Positions 27,705 to 32,856 of a DNA stretch of 32,856 bases are shown in pieces. The notes below the pieces were generated by a model that had not been told where the DNA came from, searched no databases, and saw only the letters and a list, made by a program, of their open reading frames with translations. Both the position numbers and the translations under genes were made by a program. Location of the stretch: assembly GCA_043750125.1 (NCBI GenBank), contig JAYVCD010000042.1, positions 1 through 32,856 on the forward strand. The letters are read 5' to 3'. The first letter of the stretch is position 1. Each line of letters opens with the position of its first letter. Origin of the DNA: Archangiaceae bacterium (GTDB taxonomy: Bacteria > Myxococcota > Myxococcia > Myxococcales > Myxococcaceae).

Positions 27705-28087
27705 TTGCTCCGAACGTCGGCGAATCGCTTGCCGCCACCAACAGGAAAATTCGAGTCTGCCCAACCGACCATCACCACTCGGCCGGTGCCATCGCGCTGT
27801 CCACCCCAGCCGGCGGTCTGGTCCACGAGCTGCGAGTAACCCTCGGCCTCGAGGACCTGGCAGGCGCGGGCGCTGCGGCCTCCGAGCAGGCAACCGATGA
27901 CGAGCTTCGCGTCGTGGGGAAAATTCGCCTTCATCACCGCGAGGAAGTCCGGGCTGCTGAGCGGAACGTTGACCGACCCCCCCGGGTGCCCGGCTTCGAA
28001 TTCCTGTTCGGTGCGGACATCGACGTAGGTCCAACCCTGTTGGAGCAGAGCACTGGCTTGTTTCGGGTCCACGCGTTGGGTCGGCAT
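27701..28087 (-). CDS. Rhodanese-like domain protein
   Basis: YVDVRTEQEFEAGHPGGSVNVP, CLLGGRS active-site loop, GGW-like AGWGG. Confidence 0.92.
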   Translation of the reverse strand: MPTQRVDPKQASALLQQGWTYVDVRTEQEFEAGHPGGSVNVPLSSPDFLAVMKANFPHDAKLVIGCLLGGRSARACQVLEAEGYSQLVDQTAGWGGQRDGTGRVVMVGWADSNFPVGGGKRFADVRSK

Positions 28088-28244
28088 TGGCAGCCCATAT
28101 AGCCCTCAGAGCAAACCCCAATGAAGTCATTCCCGATCCTTCCCTGCGGTCGGGGGCCGCCCCGGGGGTCCTGCGGACATCGACGTACGTCCACCTCCGT
28201 GGCCGGCTTCCTGCGGCCCGTATAGCCTTCGAATCATCCCCCCG

Positions 28245-29723
28245 ATGAAGTCCTTCCTCCTCTTCTCTGCGGTCTGGTTGGCCGGCTGTTCGACCCCACC
28301 GACCGGGCCCCGCTTGAGCTCGGTCACGCCCGCACGGGTGAGCGCGTCGGTAGCTACGCCGATCGTGATTCGCGCCGAAGGTCTCGAGTACGCGATCAGC
28401 GCAGATCTCGACCGGCCCTCGCTGTCGACCTTCACCCTCGATTTGCACGTGCGGCTGATCGGCCCCCAGACCGTCGAGCTGCTGCTGCCCCAGCGGGTCA
28501 GCGCCAGTGAAGTGCACGCCCAGGTTTCGTCCAGGCTGATGCTGGGCAAGTACACGCTCGAGGTGTCGACCGCCCGCGGAGTCTCGAAGTTGGTCGACGC
28601 CCTCGAGGTGGCCGACTGCCTCTTCGACTGCGAGCGCGGCCCCGACGATGGCGGCTGCTTCAGCTGGCCCGATCTCGACCATGACAGCTACGGGAAGATC
28701 GGCGCGGGTGAGGCCATCTGCCCCGATGACGCCGGAAACCGGGTCGGGCGAAGCGGCGACTGCAGGGACGAGGACCCCGCTGCTCATCCCCTCGCGGCGG
28801 AGCTGTGCAACGGGCTGGACGACGACTGCGATGGAGTGGTCGACAACGCCAGCTGTCTGCCCGACGCGGGCTGGAAGGTGCGCCGCGACACCGGAGGAAA
28901 CGGGGACGACTGGCGGACCGCAACCCAGCACGGCCGGGGCGACATCTGGCTCGCCGCGAAACAGCGGGTCTACCTGCGCCCGGGCAGCGGGGACTTCGCC
29001 GACGTGAGCGCGAGCTGCGCGAACAAGTTGGTGTCCTCCTGGGCCAACCCGCTGACCGGAGTGGCGTACTTCGGAGGCGAGGGCGTCATCACCCAACACA
29101 GCGCTTCGGCCGGTGGGTGCGACAGCCCGCAGAACGTCAACGGGACGGTGGTCGGAATTCAGGGCTTCGGCACCCGCCTCTACGCCGCGACCCGGGACGG
29201 CAACCTGATTGAAGGCCAGCCGGGCAGCCTCAGCCAGCGACCTGGCTTCACCGATGGGGCGAGCGTCAATGACGTCCAGGGCGCCTCGCCCGCTTCATTG
29301 TTCGCGGTGGGCAGCGCGGACCAGCGTCCCAAAATCTGGCGAATGAGCACCGACGGCGGGCCATTCGTCGACGAAAGGCTTCCGGGCCTTGCCTTGGAGG
29401 ATCAGGCCCTGACCGCGGTCTGGGCCGTCGACGATTCGCTGGCCTACGCGGTGGGCGCGCGGGGTGCGCTGCTCGAGCGGACCCAGGGAGCCTGGCATGC
29501 GTTGCCGTCGGCGGACCGAGGCTTGAGCGCGGTGCGCGCGTTCGGCCCCGGTCGGGTCTACGCGGCGACGGTCGACGGAAGGGTGCTGCGGTACAACGGC
29601 GCCAGCTGGGAAGTGCTCTACGTGCATCCGACCGGAGGGGTGTTCACCGACATCACCGCGAGCGCCGAGGACGACATCTGGGTCGTCGGTCTCGACGGCC
29701 TGGTAGTTCACTGGCCCGACTGA
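28245..29723 (+). CDS. Lipoprotein with Ig-like domain, MopE-type putative metal-binding motif and beta-propeller-like repeats
   Basis: Lipobox LAGC; DLDHDSYG...DCRDEDPAAHPLAAELCNGLDDDCDGVVD; repeated LTAVWA...AYAVG...G.LL units. Confidence 0.85.
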   Translation: MKSFLLFSAVWLAGCSTPPTGPRLSSVTPARVSASVATPIVIRAEGLEYAISADLDRPSLSTFTLDLHVRLIGPQTVELLLPQRVSASEVHAQVSSRLMLGKYTLEVSTARGVSKLVDALEVADCLFDCERGPDDGGCFSWPDLDHDSYGKIGAGEAICPDDAGNRVGRSGDCRDEDPAAHPLAAELCNGLDDDCDGVVDNASCLPDAGWKVRRDTGGNGDDWRTATQHGRGDIWLAAKQRVYLRPGSGDFADVSASCANKLVSSWANPLTGVAYFGGEGVITQHSASAGGCDSPQNVNGTVVGIQGFGTRLYAATRDGNLIEGQPGSLSQRPGFTDGASVNDVQGASPASLFAVGSADQRPKIWRMSTDGGPFVDERLPGLALEDQALTAVWAVDDSLAYAVGARGALLERTQGAWHALPSADRGLSAVRAFGPGRVYAATVDGRVLRYNGASWEVLYVHPTGGVFTDITASAEDDIWVVGLDGLVVHWPD

Positions 29724-30149
29724 TCAGCGTGCAATCTGGGTGTAATTGACCCCGTTGTTGTTGAACCAGATCGAGCCTTGATCTCTCGAGCCCGACTGGT
29801 CCTCGGGCGCCCGGCAGCTGATCCCGGCATGCACCGCAAACTCGACCAACTGGCCGGTGCGAACGTGGGGCAGGTAGAACCAACCGTTGATCACCGGGCA
29901 CGGAACATCGGTCGACTTCAGCACCCGGGAAGTCACCCACTTGTCGGTGGTGTAGTGCAGCTCGATCCACGGGACAAAGAGCACCCGGAAGCCCCGCTGC
30001 AACCAGCCGCGATCCTGCGCGCAGCTTTGAACCTCGGGCATCTCGGGGTGGACGAGGAAGTGGATCATCGCCGTCGGGACGCCCCGGTTGAGGTGGGCCG
30101 AAGGGGGCGGAAAGCTCGAGATTCTGGGACCTGCACCTGGATTGATCAT
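29724..30149 (-). CDS. Hypothetical protein, possibly CBM21-like carbohydrate-binding module
   Basis: LHYTTDKW, VEFAV, WFNNNGVNY resemble CBM21-type motifs. Confidence 0.55.
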   Translation of the reverse strand: MINPGAGPRISSFPPPSAHLNRGVPTAMIHFLVHPEMPEVQSCAQDRGWLQRGFRVLFVPWIELHYTTDKWVTSRVLKSTDVPCPVINGWFYLPHVRTGQLVEFAVHAGISCRAPEDQSGSRDQGSIWFNNNGVNYTQIAR

Positions 30150-30267
30150 CGGGATCTGCCCCCGTTGCGGTGGCCGGAAAATCAGCCGCGCCTGCCTTAC
30201 TACTTATCGCTGCCACTGGTGAAGCTCCACGCTTTGACCTTCGAGGGCGCCCAGTGTCTGAAAGGAT

Positions 30268-30909
30268 GTGAGCGTGTCTTCTGAGAGTTTCAAGCCTGCG
30301 CTCCGGTTGGTTCCGGTGGGACCCAGAAGCGACTCAGCCCTCTGTCAGGACTTCCTCACCGGAGACTCGAAGGCCTTTGGCGAGCTGGTGTCGCGGCACC
30401 AGCCGGTCGTCTTCCGGTTGCTTCGCCGGTACACCCGCACTTCGGACGACGCCCTCGACTTGTCGCAGCGGGCTTTTTTGCAAGCCTTCGAGGCCGCGCG
30501 GCGATCGTTCCCCCGGCTGCAAAAAGGAGCGATCGAGATTCCATTCCGGGCCTGGCTGCTGCGCATCGCGGTGAACCTCGCCAAGAACCACGTCCGCGAC
30601 GCTTCGCGGTGGCGGCCCGTCCCCGTCGAGGCGATCGACTCGCAACCACCGACCCAGTCCGCCCCCGCGCTCGAGCAACTGGTGAAGCTGCAGCTTCAGG
30701 CGCTGACCCGCAAGGCGGTGCTCGAGCTTCCCCGCCGCCAACGCGAAGTCCTGACTTTGCGCGTCGACGGCGGCCTCCCGTTTGCGGAAATCGCGCTGAC
30801 GCTTGGAATCACCGAAGGCAACGCGAAGACGCACTTTCATTACGCAGTGAAGCGACTGCGAGACGAGATTCAAAAAATGGCGCCCGATGCGCTCGAGGAA
30901 AACCCATGA
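30268..30909 (+). CDS. ECF-family RNA polymerase sigma factor
   Basis: AFGELVSRHQ, DLSQRAFLQAF, FRAWLLRIAVNLAKN, LPRRQREVLTLR...FAEIA...EGNAKTHFHYA. Confidence 0.93.
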   Translation: MSVSSESFKPALRLVPVGPRSDSALCQDFLTGDSKAFGELVSRHQPVVFRLLRRYTRTSDDALDLSQRAFLQAFEAARRSFPRLQKGAIEIPFRAWLLRIAVNLAKNHVRDASRWRPVPVEAIDSQPPTQSAPALEQLVKLQLQALTRKAVLELPRRQREVLTLRVDGGLPFAEIALTLGITEGNAKTHFHYAVKRLRDEIQKMAPDALEENP

Positions 30910-31346
30910 CCTGCGACGAGCTGGAACTGTTGTTGCCCGATGAAGCGCAAGACGCGGCGGCGCAGGCGCACCTGGCGGGCTGTGCGCGCTGCCGCAACAG
31001 CGCCGCGGTGTTGTCGGCCGCGGCCCAACCCCCGCTGAGCTCCGAAGAGCGCGCGAAGCAGGTCACTTTCGCCACCACCGTTCAGAGCCAGTGGCTTCGG
31101 CACCAACGCGTTCGCACCACGACCCGAAGCTTCGTCGGGTTGGCAGTCGCCGCCTCGCTGGGCGCGCTCGTCGCCTCGGGAGTGATGTGGAAGCTCAGCG
31201 CTCCCGTCCCCCAGCCGAGCTCGCCGATGCGCCAGCAACCCGAGGTGTTGGTGATGTTGGAAGACTCCGCTCCCCCTGCTGCCGACGATGAATCGAGTTT
31301 CGAAGTGTCCTGGCCCACGCTGAATGAAGAAGGAGATGTCCTATGA
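30906..31346 (+). CDS. ZAS-type transmembrane anti-sigma factor
   Basis: Start at ATG 30906 (ATGA overlap with the sigma stop); MTCDEL...HLAGCARC; TM FVGLAVAASLGALVASGVMW. Confidence 0.85.
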   Translation: MTCDELELLLPDEAQDAAAQAHLAGCARCRNSAAVLSAAAQPPLSSEERAKQVTFATTVQSQWLRHQRVRTTTRSFVGLAVAASLGALVASGVMWKLSAPVPQPSSPMRQQPEVLVMLEDSAPPAADDESSFEVSWPTLNEEGDVL

Positions 31347-31852
31347 AAAAGGTGCTGTTGGCTGCTGTGCTGGCTGTGTCCGCGGTGTCGTTTGCTGCTG
31401 CTCCCGTGGCTCCGATTCAAGCGGCCCCCCCAGCGAAGTGGGATGAGCGCGGGGACCACGGCGAGCGCAAGGCCGAGATGACGAAGAAGATTCACATGCT
31501 GCTGGTGGTCGGCATCGCCGATGCCCTGGGGCTCAATGAGTCGGATGCCCTGAAGCTGTCTGACAAGCTCAAGGGGTACGAGGAAAAGCGGCGTCCGGTG
31601 CGAGAAGGAATGGGCGAGTCGCTGCGGATCCTCAACGCCGCTGCCGAGGGAGACGCGAGCGCAGCGGCCCAGGTCGATTCAGCCGTGCTGAAGCTGTTCG
31701 ATGGCCGCCAGCAGATGGCCGCACTGGACAAGGAAATGTTCACCGGGTTGTCGAAGGACTTGAATCCGCAGAAGCGCGCCCAGCTGGCGGTGTTCCTCGC
31801 CCGCTTTCACGCCGAAGCGAAAGGCTGGAAGGGGGGCAAGGGCCGTCGCTAG
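31343..31852 (+). CDS. Periplasmic Spy/CpxP-like helical protein
   Basis: Signal peptide; LGLNESDA...LNPQKRAQL (LTxxQ-like); AAGGAG RBS and ATGA overlap with the anti-sigma. Confidence 0.75.
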   Translation: MKKVLLAAVLAVSAVSFAAAPVAPIQAAPPAKWDERGDHGERKAEMTKKIHMLLVVGIADALGLNESDALKLSDKLKGYEEKRRPVREGMGESLRILNAAAEGDASAAAQVDSAVLKLFDGRQQMAALDKEMFTGLSKDLNPQKRAQLAVFLARFHAEAKGWKGGKGRR

Positions 31853-31864
31853 AGTCGTGGGCTC

Positions 31865-32856
31865 ATGACCCACGCGATTCGTTTTCACCGCACCGGTGGC
31901 CCTTCTGTCCTGGTGTTCGAGCCCGTCGATGTTTCGTCTCCGGGTGTTGGCGAAGTTCGGATCCGCCACACCTACGTCGGCGTGAACTTCGTCGACACCT
32001 ACAACCGCACCGGGCTCTACCCCCAACCTTTGCCGATGGTATTGGGCTCGGAAGGAGCCGGTCGCGTCCTCGCGCTCGGCCCTGAAGTGACCTCGGTGAA
32101 GGTGGGTGACCGGGTGGCGTACGCCTCGATTCCCGGGGCCTGGTGCGAGGAACGAAACGTCCTCGCCGACCGACTGGTCAAGCTGCCCGACTGGGTCACT
32201 GACCAAACGGCCGCGGCGGTGCTGCTCAAAGGAATGACCGCCGAGTACCTGGTGCGACGGACGTTCGCGGTGAAGAAGGGCGACACCGTGCTCTTCCACG
32301 CGGCAGCGGGCGGGGTCGGGACCCTGGCCTGTCAGTGGGCGCGCGCCCTGGGCGGCCGGGTGATCGGCGCGGTGTCTTCATCTCAAAAAGCAGCGGTCGC
32401 CAAGGCCAATGGCTGTGAAGCGGTGGTGGTGACGACCCAGCGAAACTTCGTGACCGAAGTGAAGGCGTTCACCCAGGGGGTCGGGGTCAACGTGGTCTAC
32501 GACTCGGTGGGCGCAGAGACTTTCGATGGCTCGCTGGCGTGCCTCAAGCCGCGGGGAATGCTGGTCTGCTTCGGTCAATCGTCGGGGAAGGCTCCGATGT
32601 TGGAAGTCGGTCGGCTGGGAGGCGAACGGTCTTTGTTCGTCACCCGCCCTTCCCTGCATGCCTACGTTCACACCCGGCAGGAACTGCAGACCTGCGCGGC
32701 GGCGTTGTTCGAAGGACTCCAGAAGGGGTGGCTGAAGATTCCGGCCCCGACGCGGTTCGCGCTCAAAGATGCGGCCGCAGCGCAGAGCCTGCTCGAGTCG
32801 CGAACCGCGTCGGGACCGGAATCTTCAGCCACCCCTTCTGGAGTCCTTCGAACAAC
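31865..32856 (+). CDS. qor: NADPH:quinone oxidoreductase (zeta-crystallin/MDR family); 3' end truncated or chimeric
   Basis: Translated by hand: MTHAIRFHRTGGPSVL...GVNFVDTYNRTGLYP...LGSEGAG...LLKGMTAEYL...HAAAGGVG...VYDSVG...FGQSSG...SLFVTRPSL...LESRTASG; no stop before the window end. Confidence 0.93.
   Translation, partial: MTHAIRFHRTGGPSVLVFEPVDVSSPGVGEVRIRHTYVGVNFVDTYNRTGLYPQPLPMVLGSEGAGRVLALGPEVTSVKVGDRVAYASIPGAWCEERNVLADRLVKLPDWVTDQTAAAVLLKGMTAEYLVRRTFAVKKGDTVLFHAAAGGVGTLACQWARALGGRVIGAVSSSQKAAVAKANGCEAVVVTTQRNFVTEVKAFTQGVGVNVVYDSVGAETFDGSLACLKPRGMLVCFGQSSGKAPMLEVGRLGGERSLFVTRPSLHAYVHTRQELQTCAAALFEGLQKGWLKIPAPTRFALKDAAAAQSLLESRTASGPESSATPSGVLRT
32704..32856. repeat. 58-bp inverted repeat reaching the window end (probable fold-back chimera)
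   Basis: 32799-32856 is the reverse complement of 32704-32761 with one mismatch (A at 32815). Confidence 0.9.

Noticed and set aside
27705-29099. N-terminal extension of the 744-aa SDR ORF
   Set aside because: Overlaps the rhodanese and the plus-strand lipoprotein; SDR homology begins at MNTLKGKT.

Overview
High-GC chromosomal segment, very likely from a myxobacterium (MYXO-CTERM tail, Cys-rich lipoproteins, two Hanks-type kinases, two ECF sigma/anti-sigma pairs). Most genes are on the minus strand. In order: gyrA (runs off the left edge); a Ser/Thr kinase - membrane protein - Cys-rich repeat lipoprotein module; a putative operon of an MshEN-MshEN-REC-adenylate cyclase, a degenerate sigma54-activator-like AAA+ protein and a TerB-like protein; several hypothetical and hydrolase genes; a translationally coupled argC-argJ(::argB-like)-argR-argH-argF operon with an ARG box; an ECF sigma - ZAS/FecR - CapA - kinase cluster; an SDR and a rhodanese; then, mostly on the plus strand, a metal-motif lipoprotein, an ECF sigma/anti-sigma/CpxP-like trio and a quinone oxidoreductase. 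Most unusual: (1) ArgJ fused to an N-acetylglutamate-kinase-like domain that has lost its substrate-binding motifs but keeps the arginine-feedback signature, and is broken by a frameshift; (2) a candidate c-di-GMP- and phosphorelay-gated adenylate cyclase coupled to a pseudo-AAA+ protein. The last 58 bp are a fold-back inverted copy that is probably an artifact. No rRNA, tRNA, CRISPR array or mobile element was seen. All calls come from reading motifs by eye; no searches were run.
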